Positions 9,121-21,458 of a DNA stretch of 64,000 nt are shown here, piece by piece. Origin of the DNA: an uncultured Spirochaetota bacterium (lineage in GTDB: Bacteria > Spirochaetota > Spirochaetia > SZUA-6 > Fen-1364). Position numbers and translations under genes: made by a program. Below the pieces are notes generated by a model. It did not search any database. It was not told where the DNA came from and saw only the letters and a program-made list of their open reading frames with translations. Position 1 is the first letter of the stretch; every line of letters starts with the position of its first letter. The stretch is taken from contig CAWAHW010000002.1 of assembly GCA_963781885.1 (NCBI GenBank), positions 1,344,001 through 1,408,000 on the forward strand, given 5' to 3'.

Positions 9121-11942
9121 AAAACATCGTCATCAAAGGGGCGCGCGAGCACAACCTGAAAAACATCGATCTCGTGATGCCGCGCGATGCCCTGATTGTC
9201 GTTTCCGGTCTGAGCGGCTCCGGGAAGTCCTCCCTCGCTTTCGACACCGTTTTCGCGGAAGGTCAGCGCCGCTACGTGGAATCCCTGTCCTCCTATGCGC
9301 GCCAGTTCCTCGGCAGGCTGGACAAGCCAGACCTGGACTACATCGAGGGGCTGTCGCCGGCGATCGCCATCGAGCAGAAGACCACCCACCGCAACCCCCG
9401 GTCCACGGTGGGCACGGTCACGGAGATCTACGATTACCTGCGGCTCCTTTTCGCGCGGGTGGGCACTCCCCACTGCCCGCAGTGCGGTCGGGAGATCCAG
9501 GAGCAGTCGGTCGACCAGATCGTCGATTCGCTGCTCGTGCTGCCGGAGGGAACGAAGGTGGTCCTCCTTGCGCCGGTCGTCGGGGCGAAAAAGGGGGAGC
9601 ACCAGAAGATACTCGATGACGCCAAACGCATGGGATACGTACGCGTCCGCATTGACGGTGAGATACGGGCTCTGGACGAGGAGATCGTCCTGGACCGCAA
9701 GCGCAAGCACACCATCGAGGTCGTCGTGGACCGGCTCGTCGTCGCCCCCGACACGCGCCGGCGCTTCTCCGAATCGGTGGAAGGAGCACTGGAGACGTCG
9801 GGGGGCACGCTCATCGCGCTCGTGCGGGAGAGGTCGGGCGAGCGGGAGATACTTTTTTCACAGAAAAGCGCCTGCCCGACCTGTGGCATCAGCATCCCCG
9901 AGCTGCAGCCGCGGCTTTTTTCCTTCAACAATCCATTCGGCGCCTGCCCGGAGTGCTCGGGGCTCGGCGTCACCCTTGAGTTCGATCCCGCCCTCGTCGT
10001 GCCCGATAAGACGCTGTCGTTCAATGAAGGCGGCATCGTCCCGTACAATCCCAAGGCCAACTGGTACAGGAGCCAATTCGACTCCCTGGCGAAGCATTTC
10101 GGCTTCTCGCTGGATACGCCGCTTGCGGACCTGCCGGCCTCCACCTACAACGCGATCCTGCATGGAACGAAGGAGAAGATCGGCTTCCGTTACCAGAGCA
10201 AGGACGGCCGCGGCAAATGGGAGTTCGAGTCGGGCTTCCGCGGCGTGCTCAACGAGCTGAAGCGCCGCTACTTGGAGAGCAGCTCCGAGCAGGTCAAGGA
10301 ATGGATGGAAGGCTTCATGTCGCAGAAGGACTGCACCTCCTGCGACGGCAGGAGGCTGAAACCCGAGGTGCTTGCCGTCACCGTGGGGGACAAGAACATC
10401 CATGAGATCACGCAGCTTTCGGTGAGCGATTCACTTGCCTTTTTCGCCAGTCTCCCGCTCACCTCCACCGCGCAGAAGATCGCGCGACAGATCCTCAAGG
10501 AGATCGCCGCGCGCCTCACGTTCATGAAGAATGTCGGGCTTGCCTACCTCACGCTGGAGCGGCGCGCGAGCACGCTTTCCGGCGGGGAGGCGCAGCGCAT
10601 CCGTCTTGCCACGCAGATCGGCTCGTCGCTGGTCGGCGTGCTCTATATCCTGGATGAGCCGACGATTGGTCTCCACCAGAGGGACAACGCGCTTCTGATC
10701 GACACGCTCAAGCACCTGCGCGACATCGGCAACACCCTCATCGTCGTGGAGCACGACGAGCAGACGCTGCGCACCGCTGATTACATCGTGGACCTGGGGC
10801 CGGGCGCCGGCGTCCACGGCGGGCACATCGTCGCGGCCGGGAGCATTGAGGAGGTCTGCGCCAATCCGCAGTCTCTCACGGGCCAGTACCTTTCCGGGGC
10901 TCTCACCATCGAGCGCGGAAGGCCGCGCCGCAAGGGCAATGGAAAGACCGTGGTCCTGCGTGGCGCCCGCGAGCACAACCTGAAGGGCATCAACGTCGAG
11001 TTCCCCCTGGGAACATTCATCGCCATTACCGGGGTGTCGGGGTCCGGGAAGTCGACCCTGCTCTCCGACCTGCTCTATCCGGCGCTTTCAAACGCGATTG
11101 GAGGCCCGCGCCTTGCCGAGGGGGCATACGATTCGCTCATGGGCTCAAAAGAGATCGACAAGGTGATCAATATCGACCAGGGCCCCATCGGCCGCACGCC
11201 GCGGTCCAACCCGGCGACGTACGTGGGCCTCTTCGGTGCCATACGGTCCCTTTTCGCGCAGCTTCCTGAGGCGCGCGCAAAGGGATACAAGGCGGGTCGC
11301 TTCTCCTTCAACGTGAAGGGCGGCAGGTGCGAGAAATGCCAGGGGGCCGGCACCATCCGCATCGAGATGCATTTCCTGCCCGACGTCTACGTGACCTGTG
11401 ACGCGTGCAAGGGCAGGCGCTACAACCGCGAGACGCTTGAGGTCCGCTACAAGGGCAAGAACATCCACGAGGTGCTGGAAATGACGGTGGAGGAGGGCGT
11501 CGCGTTCTTCCGCCACATCCCGACCATCGCACCGAAACTGGAGACATTGCTCGACGTGGGGTTGGGCTACGTCTGCCTCGGGCAGTCGGCGCTCACCCTC
11601 TCCGGGGGCGAGGCCCAGCGCGTGAAGCTTTCGCTGGAGCTTTCCCGTCGGAGCACGGGCCGCACGTTCTACATCCTGGACGAGCCGACCACCGGGCTGC
11701 ATTTTGCCGATGTGAAGCAGCTCATGGAGGTGCTGGAAAAGCTGGTCGATGCGGGAAACACGGTGGCGCTGATCGAGCACAATCTGGATGTCATCAAGTG
11801 CGCCGACTGGGTGATCGATCTCGGACCGGAGGGAGGCGACAAGGGCGGCGAGCTGGTGGCGCAGGGCACCCCGGAGCACGTCGCGCGCACCGAGGGCTCC
11901 TGGACCGGGAAATACCTGAAGCGTTTGCTGAAAAAGGAATGA
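9117..11942 (+). CDS. uvrA: excinuclease ABC subunit A
   Basis: [17 protein letters not shown], two LSGGEAQR, Zn fingers; 941 aa. Confidence 0.98.
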   Translation: MKNIVIKGAREHNLKNIDLVMPRDALIVVSGLSGSGKSSLAFDTVFAEGQRRYVESLSSYARQFLGRLDKPDLDYIEGLSPAIAIEQKTTHRNPRSTVGTVTEIYDYLRLLFARVGTPHCPQCGREIQEQSVDQIVDSLLVLPEGTKVVLLAPVVGAKKGEHQKILDDAKRMGYVRVRIDGEIRALDEEIVLDRKRKHTIEVVVDRLVVAPDTRRRFSESVEGALETSGGTLIALVRERSGEREILFSQKSACPTCGISIPELQPRLFSFNNPFGACPECSGLGVTLEFDPALVVPDKTLSFNEGGIVPYNPKANWYRSQFDSLAKHFGFSLDTPLADLPASTYNAILHGTKEKIGFRYQSKDGRGKWEFESGFRGVLNELKRRYLESSSEQVKEWMEGFMSQKDCTSCDGRRLKPEVLAVTVGDKNIHEITQLSVSDSLAFFASLPLTSTAQKIARQILKEIAARLTFMKNVGLAYLTLERRASTLSGGEAQRIRLATQIGSSLVGVLYILDEPTIGLHQRDNALLIDTLKHLRDIGNTLIVVEHDEQTLRTADYIVDLGPGAGVHGGHIVAAGSIEEVCANPQSLTGQYLSGALTIERGRPRRKGNGKTVVLRGAREHNLKGINVEFPLGTFIAITGVSGSGKSTLLSDLLYPALSNAIGGPRLAEGAYDSLMGSKEIDKVINIDQGPIGRTPRSNPATYVGLFGAIRSLFAQLPEARAKGYKAGRFSFNVKGGRCEKCQGAGTIRIEMHFLPDVYVTCDACKGRRYNRETLEVRYKGKNIHEVLEMTVEEGVAFFRHIPTIAPKLETLLDVGLGYVCLGQSALTLSGGEAQRVKLSLELSRRSTGRTFYILDEPTTGLHFADVKQLMEVLEKLVDAGNTVALIEHNLDVIKCADWVIDLGPEGGDKGGELVAQGTPEHVARTEGSWTGKYLKRLLKKE

Positions 11943-14900
11943 TCGCTTTTCTCCTGGCGTTGCTGCTTCTGTCATCCCCCGCTCCGGCCTCAGCGCGGCC
12001 TCTTGACGAAGGAGCGACCGCGGCTCCGCGTCCGGCGGCGGCAGGCGCAGCGGCAGCCCCGGCCCCGGCCGCCGCGGAGAGCCCGCAGGACCAGGCAGCA
12101 GCCACGCTTGCCCAGGACGTGGCCACGGCAAGCTACTACGAGCTTGTGACCTGGTGCCGGGAGCTCGGGCTGGACGATTCCGGTTCCCGCCGCGACTTGC
12201 AGCAGCGGCTGGCTGAGCACCTGAAGGTGTCATTGCCCGCCGTGGCCGCAACGCCAAAGCGGACCATCACGGTGCGCTCCGCCCGGGAATCGGAGTACTC
12301 CACGCTGAAGGAAGCGGATGAGAAGTATGTCTTTCTCCGCGGGGACGTGCTCATCGAGGTTCGCGATGAAAAGGACGGCACGCTGCAGTCGATCAAGGCA
12401 GACAGCGTCACCTACAACCAGACGCGCGGCAAGGTGAGCGCGCAGGGCAATGTCGCCTATTCGCTCACCCGGGGCGGCCAGACCGACACCTTTACGGGGC
12501 AAAGCCTCGATTTCGACCTGGAAAGCTCAGAAGCGGTTTTCTACGACGGGAGCACGACGCGCGTGATCAAGCGGACGGGCGCCGATGTGCCCTATTCGTT
12601 CAAGGGACAGACGATCACCCGCTTTGCCAACGACACGGTCATCATGTCGGACGGCACCTTCACGAGCTCGCCAACGCCGGATGATCCGCTGTACCGGGTA
12701 AACGCGTCCGCCGTCTATCTCCTGGCGCCCGGCGAATGGGCGATACAGAACGTCGTTCTTCTCGTGGGCAGGGTGCCCATCCTCTGGCTGCCGGGCTTTT
12801 TCTGGCCGGGTGACGAGTTTTTCTTCAATCCCAACTTCGGCTCGAATACCCGCGAGGGATCGTACGTGCAGACGACGACGTATCTGTTCGGCAGGAAAGC
12901 CAAGGAGGACAGCCCGCTCTCATTCCTCCAGATCGCCGATTCCACGGACGCAGGCTACACGCTGGAGCCGCACGGCCTTTTCCTGCGCAAGGTTCCCGGC
13001 ACCACGACGACGACGCCGGATACGCGAAACGTCAAGCTGCTCCTGGATGCCTATTCCAACCTCGGCCTGTTTGCCGGTCTTACGGGCGACCTGTCGCCGC
13101 TTGCGACGTTCCGCACCGGTATCGGGTTCAGCCGGACCATCTTTGACAACAACTCCCCACTCTGGGTCAACCCGGACGGTTCGGTGCAGAGCTACTGGAA
13201 CTCGTCCTCCCTTTTCGGTCTCGTCGTTCCCTTCCGCTTCGGCCTGGAAGGAACTCTCCGCACAACGGGCGATGTTTTTTCGATGAGCGCGGATTTTCAG
13301 TATTTTTCCGATCCGTCCTTCCCGAGCGACTTCTACAACCGCTCCGAGGCGAATTTCCTGTCCACGCTCCTGACGCCGCCGAGCACAACGACCGCTGCCA
13401 CCACCGCGCAGCAATCCAACCTGTCATGGGATCTCGCCGGGCGTCTCGACCTCACGAAGCTTGTCGGGCTGCCCTTCGTGCAGAATCTTTCCATCCCGAG
13501 CGCGAACTTCAAGGTCACGTGGCTGAGCAAGGCCGGGCCTTTTGTCAATCCGCTCTCCACCGTTCCGACCGACCCTCAGGACTACGACCCCGGGCGCACG
13601 TTCTACTATCCGTCGAGCATCACGGCGCCTGACATTTCCTTTTCCATGACGGGAGACATCCTCTCCTTGAGCACGGTCCCGCAGACGGCTGCGGCGCAGC
13701 CGCCGAAAACGGCGGCACCTGCCGCTGCTTCGACCGGGACGGCGCAGGGCAAGGGCGGAGCACCCGGCGCTGCCGCGCAGTCGCAGCCGGCAGGTACAGC
13801 TGCCGTACCATCGGGGACGGCAACGTCGGCACCCGCGGCAGCGACCGCAACAGCGCCGTCAGCAGCGGCACCCGCGGCAGCGCCGTCGGCAGCGGCACCC
13901 GCGGCAGCGCCGTCGGCAGCAGCACCAGCAGCGGCAAAGGCGTCTGACTCGTCGGCGAAAACGCCAGCCCCGGCACCCGATCCCGGCAAGGGTCTACGGG
14001 AGCCTCATGTCGTGGCGGTTGCAGGTTCAGCTTCGTCGGCGCCCGCCGCTGCACCGGCCGCGCCGCGCATCCCGTTCCGTGAGCCCGCGCGGCAGCCGGA
14101 CGTCCAGCAAAGCCAGAGCCCCGGCGCATCGGCATTCAAGCTTTCCTACCAGCTCCAGCCGCGCGCGACATTCGAGCACACGTTCGATACCACGAATTGG
14201 GTGAGCAGGCAGACAGTCGACTACAGCATCCTCTACCGAACGCTGGAGCTGGGTGGATCCGGCGGCGTGACTGCCGCCGCCTCCTTTCTGGACAAGCTTG
14301 CCGACGTGAGCCTTGGTTTGAGCACGGACGGTTTGTGGAGGACCCGATTCGATCCCAGTGCGCTGGAGCTGGCCTCCACAGACTGGCCGAGCCAGCTTCT
14401 TCGTGACATGCAGCAGGACCAACTCGCGCTGCGCACCAATTTTCAAGGGACACTGCGGCCATTCCAGTCCTTGCCGTCGCTTGCCAGCTCCACGCTGCAA
14501 TATCAGCTCGGGGTCCGTCTTTACCAAGTCAGTCTGACGGGAAGCGACCCGCTGAATCCCGTGCTCACGAAGGCCTCACCCGATTGGACGACGAATACGA
14601 TCACCACGAACAGCCTGGCGTCGACGCTGGCCTTCAATACGGTGCAGACAACGGACACCCTTGCCGTGACGTTGTTGCTTCCACCTCAGAACGCCGTCGC
14701 TCACGGCGCGACTGGATGTGGGGGCAGGTCCCTTCAAGGGCACCGTGCAGGGAGGATTCACGCAGCCATCGACCCTGCTCTACCAGCCGTTGATCGTGAA
14801 CGGCACGCTGGATTTCGGCTCCGGCTTCGGCGGGAGCGAGGAGGTGCAACTGGACGTTGCCAACGCGGCGATCTCACGGTCGACCACCCAGCTCAACCTG

Positions 14901-15518
14901 GGCTACTTCAGCGGCACATTCATTGCCCAGGAAACCGGCCCGTTGAACCTGCTCGAGCCTTCGACAGTGAAGGTCGGTTTTGAAAACGGCGGGACGCCGG
15001 TGTGGCTCTGGATGGACAGGATCAAGCTCAGCCTTTCCCTCAAGACACACTGGTACCTGAATCTGCAAAATTACTTGGACAATCTCTTCGATTTCAATCT
15101 GGGCCTGACGCTCTCAATCTTCAAATTCCTCGATCTGACATTTTCATCTGTTTCTACAAACAGCAAAACGTACCGTTATATCCCTGCGTTGGCTACGGCA
15201 GAAGGCGAAACGTGGGTGAATCCCTTCGACGATCTTCTTGCATCGTTCGATTTTTTCGACACCCGGACGTCTGCTTTAAGTGACAGGGTGAGATCTGCCT
15301 TCAAGATTCGGACGCTCGCTATCACCGCCGTGCAGCATTTCCCCGATTGGGATCTCAGTTTCCAGTACCAGGGGTCGCCGCAGCTCCGCAGGGACCCTGT
15401 TGACAACATTCTCAAGAATATCTGGACGCCCACATTTTCCATCCAGGTGACGTGGAACGCGGTTTCGGAGGTGAAGAGCAACGTTCATGGGGACTATACG
15501 GGTGTGTATCTGCGGTAG
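11939..15518 (+). CDS. LptD-like outer-membrane protein (spirochaetal type); +1 frameshift near 14690
   Basis: Signal peptide; jelly-roll-like N-terminus ([32 protein letters not shown]); beta-rich C-terminus continues [17 protein letters not shown] in the next frame. Confidence 0.7.
13853..13935 (+). repeat. about 3 copies of a 27-bp in-frame repeat (APSAAAPAA) in the LptD-like linker
   Basis: GCGCCGTC(A/G)GCAGCGGCACCCGCGGCA repeated in tandem. Confidence 0.8.
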
Positions 15519-15539
15519 CAGGCCGTCACCCGGGGAGGC

Positions 15540-15658
15540 AGCTGCGACTCCGGCGCAATTGAAGCTGCGACTCCGGCGCAATTGAAGCTGCGACTCCGGC
15601 GCAATTGAAGCTGCGACTCCGGCGCAATTGAAGCTGCGACCTTCTTGGGCGCAATTGA
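15540..15658. repeat. intergenic 23-bp tandem repeat, 4 perfect + 1 degenerate copies
   Basis: AGCTGCGACTCCGGCGCAATTGA starting at 15540, 15563, 15586, 15609; variant at 15632. Confidence 0.97.
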
Positions 15659-15684
15659 CGCTCGGATCGTTTTTCCACTACGAT
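15655..15684 (+). promoter_or_regulatory. putative promoter of the phoH operon
   Basis: TTGACG-N18-TACGAT, then GGGAG SD and ATG at 15700. Confidence 0.55.
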
Positions 15685-15699
15685 GATCGCGGGAGTTGA

Positions 15700-16659
15700 A
15701 TGGAGAAACCGCTGACGGTTGTCGTAAACGACGAAACGATCCTGCCCGAAATCTGCGGGGCAAACGATACAAACCTGAAAATCATGGAAGAGCTGATGGG
15801 AGTGCGCATATACTCCCGCGGCAACGAGATACTGCTCGATTCTGAAGATGACGCCATCCAGCGAACCTTCCGGCTCCTGCTCCAGCAAATGGAAGACCAC
15901 GTCCGTCTCGGGCAGTTTCCCGGCCCGGACCTCATCCGCACGCTCTATCGCTCCCTCGCCGACGGCGAGGAGGAGAAGGTGGAGATCCTCAAGCGGAACC
16001 TCGTCGTCATTCCCGGCGGCACGCGCAAGGTCTATCCCCGCACGCACAATCAGGCCCTCTACCTCGAATCGATCGAAAAGAACGAGCTGGTCTTCGGAGT
16101 CGGTCCCGCCGGCACCGGGAAGACCTATCTCGCCGTCGCCCAGGCGCTGAAGCAGGTCCTCAGCCAGGGCAGGAGGAAGCTCATCATCACGCGCCCCGTG
16201 GTGGAGGCGGGCGAAAGCCTCGGCTTCCTGCCCGGTGACCTCACCCAGAAGATACACCCCTACCTGAGGCCCCTTTACGATGCCATCGAATCGCTGGTTC
16301 CAATGGAGGTGTTTCGCCGGCTGGAGGAAAACGGGGTGATCGAGATCGCGCCGCTTGCCTACATGCGCGGCCGAACGCTTTCGGGAGCCTTCATCATCCT
16401 CGACGAGGCGCAGAATACCACCCGGGAGCAGATGAAGATGTTCCTCACGCGCATCGGAGAAAACTCCCGCACGGTCATCACGGGCGACATCACGCAGATC
16501 GATCTTCCCCGGAAATCGGACTCCGGGCTCCTCACGGTAATCCCCATCCTCACCCCCATCCGCGAGATACGGTTCACGTTTTTCGAGGAGCGCGACGTGG
16601 TGAGGAATCCCCTCGTGCGAAAGATCGTCCACGCCTACGAGACCGCGCATGAAGAATAG
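15700..16659 (+). CDS. phoH: PhoH family ATPase
   Basis: GPAGTGKTYLA, TRPVVEAGESLGFLPG, YMRGRTL, LDEAQN, GDITQIDLP. Confidence 0.95.
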   Translation: MEKPLTVVVNDETILPEICGANDTNLKIMEELMGVRIYSRGNEILLDSEDDAIQRTFRLLLQQMEDHVRLGQFPGPDLIRTLYRSLADGEEEKVEILKRNLVVIPGGTRKVYPRTHNQALYLESIEKNELVFGVGPAGTGKTYLAVAQALKQVLSQGRRKLIITRPVVEAGESLGFLPGDLTQKIHPYLRPLYDAIESLVPMEVFRRLEENGVIEIAPLAYMRGRTLSGAFIILDEAQNTTREQMKMFLTRIGENSRTVITGDITQIDLPRKSDSGLLTVIPILTPIREIRFTFFEERDVVRNPLVRKIVHAYETAHEE

Positions 16660-18874
16660 GCGCCCCCTCGTCGTGGCGCGCCTCCTCGAGGTCGCACGGC
16701 GCATGCGTCTGGAGCGCTGGACGGTCATTGCCGTGAGCATCTCCTTCGTCGTGGCGCTGGCCATCATCCTCGTGACGACGGAGTTTCGAAGCTTGTCCCT
16801 GCGCGCCGCCGGCGCCTCCTGGACCGCGGGGGGGGTCGCGGAGAAGGATTATGTCGTCGAGAAGGACTACCAGTACGTGGATGAGAATGCCACGCAGGAC
16901 AGGCGCGAAGCGCAGGCCACCCTCGTGCCTCCCGTTTTCACGCTGAACGCGGTCACGAGCGCGACGATCCTGGCGACCTTCGACCGGTTCGGCCAGATCC
17001 TGCTCCGCACGATCCGTGAAGGCTCGTCGGCGGAGAAGGTGTTCCTCTCGGTGCAGGTGGAGTTTCCCGACCGCATCTCGCGCGCCGACCTGCGCCAGAT
17101 CCTCTCCCCGCCGGACGTCGCGCAGACGCTGCAGCAGAGCCGGGACCTGCTCGATGCGACTCTCGCGCGCGGCATCACGGACCTCCTCGCGCATCGCGAC
17201 GAGGCGGCGGCGGCGGGGGCGATAGAGATCCGTCGCTTCCAGGACGGTCGGCTGCAGTCGGAAGAGGTCCCCTTCGAGCAGATCGTGACGCGGGAAAACA
17301 TCGTCCCGCAGATCCAGGACCATTTGCCGACCACGACGGCCGGAGATGGCACGCGCCGCGCGATGACGATCCTCGTGCGCGCCTTCGCCGCGGAGAACGC
17401 CTTCTACGACGCCGACAGCACGCTCATGCATCGAAACCGCGCCCGGGCGGAGGTTGACCTCGTGACGGAAAAGCTGTCGCGCGGCCAGGTGCTGGTCCGT
17501 CGCGGGGACCTCATCAGCGACGCCACGGCCCGCAAGATCCGCGCCCTCAACGACTACACGCGCACCGTGGATATCAACGGCATCGTCGGCACGACGCTTT
17601 TCCTCGCGGTGATATTCGGCCTCTCCCTCTATCTCCTTTCGATGAAGACGCCGCCGGTCCCGCTGCGGCGCGGCCATATCCTGCTCCTGCTTTCGGTGGG
17701 CCTGGGCTATCTTGCCGTGAGCGCCCTTGTGGTGCGCTTTGCGGCACTGCCCGAATGGATGCCGGTCTCCATCGCCATCCCGACCAGCAGCATGGCCATG
17801 CTCGCGACCATCCTCGTGTCGACACCGGTGGGTGTGTTTTTCTCGCTGTTTGCATCGCTCGCCCTTCTGCTGCTCACCGGCATGGGCGTCCAGGGCTTCC
17901 TTTTCGCCTTCCTGAGCGGCATCGCGGCGACGGCCGTCGTCCTGAACGCGGAAAAGCGCATCGATCTGATACGCGCGGGGCTCATCCTCTCCCTTGCCGA
18001 CATCCTGATCCTCCTGATCGTCGGCCTCCTGGGCAACTACGATTCGCGCATGATCCTGAGCCTCATGGGGTGGGGGCTTGCCAACGGCTTTTTCTGCGGC
18101 ATCCTCACGCTGGGCTTCCTGCCCATATTCGAGCTGATGCTGAATGCGCCCACGCGATTCAAGCTCATGGAGCTTTCGGACCTGAACTCGCCGATATTCA
18201 AACGCATGCTTTCCCAGGCGCCCGGCACCTACACCCACTCCATCAGCGTCGCCAATCTCGCGGAAACCGCGTGCGAGGCGATCGGCGCCAATGCGCTCCT
18301 GGCGCGCGTGAGCGCCTATTACCACGACATCGGGAAGGTCGACCAGGCCGACTATTTCGTGGAAAACCAGAAGGCCTATAACCGGCACGACCAGATGAGG
18401 CCGAGCCTTTCCGTGGCCGTGATCAAGAGCCACGTGCGCATCGGCATCGAGAAAGCGCAGGAGCTGAATCTTCCCCAGGCGATCATCGACATCATTGCGC
18501 AGCACCACGGCCGCGGTCTGATCACCTTCTTTTACCAGCGGGCGGTCAAGGAGGGAAAAAACCCGCGCCTTTCCCGCGACGACTACTCCTACCCCGGCGC
18601 ACGGCCGAAGACGAAGGAGGCGGCGGTCCTCATGCTCGCCGACACCGTGGAGGCAGCGTCGCGCACCCTGAAAAAACCCACCGAGGCGCGTCTGGAAAGC
18701 TTCGTCCAGGACATGATCATGGAAAAGTTCACCTCGGGCGAGCTGGGGGATTCCAGCCTCACCCTGCGGGACCTCGAGCTCATCCGCAAGAGCTTCGTGC
18801 ACATCCTGGAGGGCTATTTCCATACGCGCATCGAATACCCAAAGCTCGCGCGTCCCCGGGAAAACGACTCATGA
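16649..18874 (+). CDS. 7TM-HD (HDIG) phosphohydrolase, PgpH-like cyclic-di-AMP phosphodiesterase
   Basis: Extracytoplasmic domain, 7 TM, APGTYTHS, YYHDIGK, QHHG, MLADTVEAASR; phoH-HD-ybeY context. Confidence 0.9.
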   Translation: MKNRRPLVVARLLEVARRMRLERWTVIAVSISFVVALAIILVTTEFRSLSLRAAGASWTAGGVAEKDYVVEKDYQYVDENATQDRREAQATLVPPVFTLNAVTSATILATFDRFGQILLRTIREGSSAEKVFLSVQVEFPDRISRADLRQILSPPDVAQTLQQSRDLLDATLARGITDLLAHRDEAAAAGAIEIRRFQDGRLQSEEVPFEQIVTRENIVPQIQDHLPTTTAGDGTRRAMTILVRAFAAENAFYDADSTLMHRNRARAEVDLVTEKLSRGQVLVRRGDLISDATARKIRALNDYTRTVDINGIVGTTLFLAVIFGLSLYLLSMKTPPVPLRRGHILLLLSVGLGYLAVSALVVRFAALPEWMPVSIAIPTSSMAMLATILVSTPVGVFFSLFASLALLLLTGMGVQGFLFAFLSGIAATAVVLNAEKRIDLIRAGLILSLADILILLIVGLLGNYDSRMILSLMGWGLANGFFCGILTLGFLPIFELMLNAPTRFKLMELSDLNSPIFKRMLSQAPGTYTHSISVANLAETACEAIGANALLARVSAYYHDIGKVDQADYFVENQKAYNRHDQMRPSLSVAVIKSHVRIGIEKAQELNLPQAIIDIIAQHHGRGLITFFYQRAVKEGKNPRLSRDDYSYPGARPKTKEAAVLMLADTVEAASRTLKKPTEARLESFVQDMIMEKFTSGELGDSSLTLRDLELIRKSFVHILEGYFHTRIEYPKLARPRENDS

Positions 18875-19326
18875 GCGCGCGGGTCCGCTCGGTGGAGGTG
18901 GTCGTGGAGGGGGTCCCTGCGCCCCGGTGGCGTGTGGCCGTGGGTCGGTTCTGCGCGGCGATCCTCGCGGAGGCAGGCTATGATGCCTGGGAGGTTGCCG
19001 TGCTGCTCTGCGGCGACGAGCGGATCGCTGAGCTGAACGGCAGGTACCGCGGCAAGAGCGGGCCCACCGACGTGCTCTCGTTCCCGCGCGAAGAAACACC
19101 CACCGCGGGGCGCGTCACCGGTGACGTCGCGATTTCCCTTCCGATGCTCCGCCGCAATGCCGCCTCTTTCGGCGTGGGCGAGGACGAGGAGTTGAAACGA
19201 CTGCTCGCGCACGGCATGCTCCATCTGGCGGGCATGGATCACGGTCGCGGCCGGGGCGGGGCGATGCTCGCCCTCCAGGAAAAGCTCCTGGAGCGCACGC
19301 GCGCCGTCCACATCATGGCGGAGTGA
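18871..19326 (+). CDS. ybeY: rRNA maturation RNase YbeY
   Basis: PTDVLSFP, GDVAIS, HGMLHLAGMDH. Confidence 0.95.
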   Translation: MSARVRSVEVVVEGVPAPRWRVAVGRFCAAILAEAGYDAWEVAVLLCGDERIAELNGRYRGKSGPTDVLSFPREETPTAGRVTGDVAISLPMLRRNAASFGVGEDEELKRLLAHGMLHLAGMDHGRGRGGAMLALQEKLLERTRAVHIMAE

Positions 19327-19333
19327 AGGCACG

Positions 19334-21316
19334 ATGAAAACGTATCGGTGCACCATTGTCGCGGGCTGCCTCGTGCTGCTTCTGGCCGGCGGAGGATCGC
19401 TCGCGGCGGATGCCCGCAGCGCGTACCTGGACGGGGTTGCCGCCCAGGGAACGGAGGACTTCGAGCTCGCCGTCGAGAAGTACAAGGAAGCGCTTTCACT
19501 CAACCCGGTGTACCTCGAGCCGCTTGTCGGCCTTGCAGAGGCCTTCCTGGAGCTCGAGGAGTACGACGAAGCGCTCACATTCGTGACAAAGGCGCGGACG
19601 CTGGACAGGAACAATCCCGACCTCGCGGTGCTGGAAGGCCGGATCCGTATCGGGCTTTCCGACGTGCCGACGGCGCGATCCCTTTTTTCCCAAGTGCTCA
19701 CCCGACAGCCGAACAATGTCGAAGCGCAGCTGGGCATGGCGGAGGCGTCCATTGCCGAGGGAAAGCCGCGCAATGCCCTGACGCAATACCAACAGACGCT
19801 GACGCTCGCCCCGGAGAGCACGAAGGCCCTCCTGTCCATCGCCATGCTCTATGACGAGACGGGGGACGAGGCGAGCGCCGGCACCTACTACGAGCTCGCG
19901 CTGAAAAGCCATGCCTCGGACGCCCACGTGCAGCTCGCCGCCGCCTCCTGGTATGCGACCCAGGGAAATCTGGCGATGGCGGAGAAGCACGCGCAGACGG
20001 CCCTTTCCCTGAAGCCCGGGTGGGATCAGGCGCAGATCGCCCTGGGGGGCATCTTCCTGGCGGAGACGCGCTACCCCGACGCTATTTCGACGCTGCATGA
20101 CGTCGTGACGACGAACCGTGACGACGCCGGTGCCTGGTACTCGCTGGGGCTCGCCTACAGGAAGTCCGGAGACCCCGCAAAGGCAATCGCGAGCTTCGGC
20201 TCCGCGCTGCACGCACGGCCGGACGACGAGGTGGCGCGCATTGCACAGGAAAACACGGCCATCGAATCGTTGCCCATGGACGACCCGCAACGAAAGAGCA
20301 TGGGGGCATTCCACCTCGCGCAGGGCAAGGCTTTCGAGGACCGCAGCTTCCTGGAAAAGGCGCTGGCGGAATATCGACGGGCCCTCATCCTCGACCCTAC
20401 GTCGCGGGACGCGCGGGTCGCCTATGCCCGCATCTACAAGAGCCTGGGTTTCCCCGCCAAGTACCTGAGCGAGCTGCAGGTGCTTGCGAAGCTCGGCGTG
20501 AACGATACATTCGTGTCGGACGAGATCGAGCGCCTGACGAGCCAGCTCGCGGATTCGGTCTCCCGCGCCTGGGGATACGACCAGTACAACCTGGACCGCA
20601 CCCGCTACACGGTTCCCGTCTTCACCATCGCGTCGAAAAATCGGCTGCGGCACGCGCTCGCCAGCGACGACCTTGCCCGTTCCTTCGCCTCCCTCCTGGG
20701 CCGCTACGACGCGCTCACGGCACCCGATGCGCCGCCGGCGGTGACCGGCTTCGACCAGGCGTTTCGCGCGGCGCGCACGGCGGGTGACGACTACTTCGCC
20801 ATTCTCACGATCGACGAGGCGGACAGGAGCTTTTCCGCGACCGTGGACCTTTATCTTGCGCGCACCGGCGGACGCATCGCAAGCTTCGCGGCGTTCCGCA
20901 CGGGGAACGACCGGGTCCGCGATGCGCTGATGAAGCTGGCCGGCCAGATCGCCGACTTGATGGCGCCGCGCGGAAACCTGCTCGTCCGCAAGTTCGCGCA
21001 GGGTGCCATCGACCTGGGCACGTTCCAGGGCCTGAAGAATGGCGATTCGCTTGTGATCGTGCGAAAGGGCGGGGTGCGTCTCCAGGCGGACGCGCCGGGC
21101 ATCACCTATGACGAAAAGGACGTGGCAGGGGATTTCAAGGTGACCGCGGTCGACGAGGCGGTTTCCGAGGGCACGGTGTCCTACCGTGGATACTTCGACT
21201 ACGTCAATGCCGGCGACCAGGTCGTCTTTGCGGTGAAGCGCGCCCCCCCGCCGGTCGTCGCCCCGGCCGAGCGGACGGGAAACATCCTGACGCGGCTTTT
21301 CCGCATCGGAGGTTGA
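19334..21316 (+). CDS. exported TPR-repeat protein
   Basis: Signal peptide; multiple TPR helix pairs ([18 protein letters not shown]). Confidence 0.85.
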   Translation: MKTYRCTIVAGCLVLLLAGGGSLAADARSAYLDGVAAQGTEDFELAVEKYKEALSLNPVYLEPLVGLAEAFLELEEYDEALTFVTKARTLDRNNPDLAVLEGRIRIGLSDVPTARSLFSQVLTRQPNNVEAQLGMAEASIAEGKPRNALTQYQQTLTLAPESTKALLSIAMLYDETGDEASAGTYYELALKSHASDAHVQLAAASWYATQGNLAMAEKHAQTALSLKPGWDQAQIALGGIFLAETRYPDAISTLHDVVTTNRDDAGAWYSLGLAYRKSGDPAKAIASFGSALHARPDDEVARIAQENTAIESLPMDDPQRKSMGAFHLAQGKAFEDRSFLEKALAEYRRALILDPTSRDARVAYARIYKSLGFPAKYLSELQVLAKLGVNDTFVSDEIERLTSQLADSVSRAWGYDQYNLDRTRYTVPVFTIASKNRLRHALASDDLARSFASLLGRYDALTAPDAPPAVTGFDQAFRAARTAGDDYFAILTIDEADRSFSATVDLYLARTGGRIASFAAFRTGNDRVRDALMKLAGQIADLMAPRGNLLVRKFAQGAIDLGTFQGLKNGDSLVIVRKGGVRLQADAPGITYDEKDVAGDFKVTAVDEAVSEGTVSYRGYFDYVNAGDQVVFAVKRAPPPVVAPAERTGNILTRLFRIGG

Positions 21317-21360
21317 AGGGCGCGCCCGACCCGGCGGCAGGGATCGGCGGAGCACCCGCG

Positions 21361-21389
21361 TTGACACGCCCGGGGCTTTCCCGTATATT
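21361..21389 (+). promoter_or_regulatory. near-consensus sigma70 promoter of pgk-tpiA-secG
   Basis: TTGACA-N17-TATATT. Confidence 0.75.
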
Positions 21390-21458
21390 TTTCACGATTT
21401 CGCCAAAAACCCCCGCACCGTGGACTGCGATCCGATCGCACGTGCAAGGAGAATATGC

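Noticed and set aside
15540-15658. CRISPR array
   Set aside because: Units are head-to-tail with no unique spacers, and there are no cas genes in the window.
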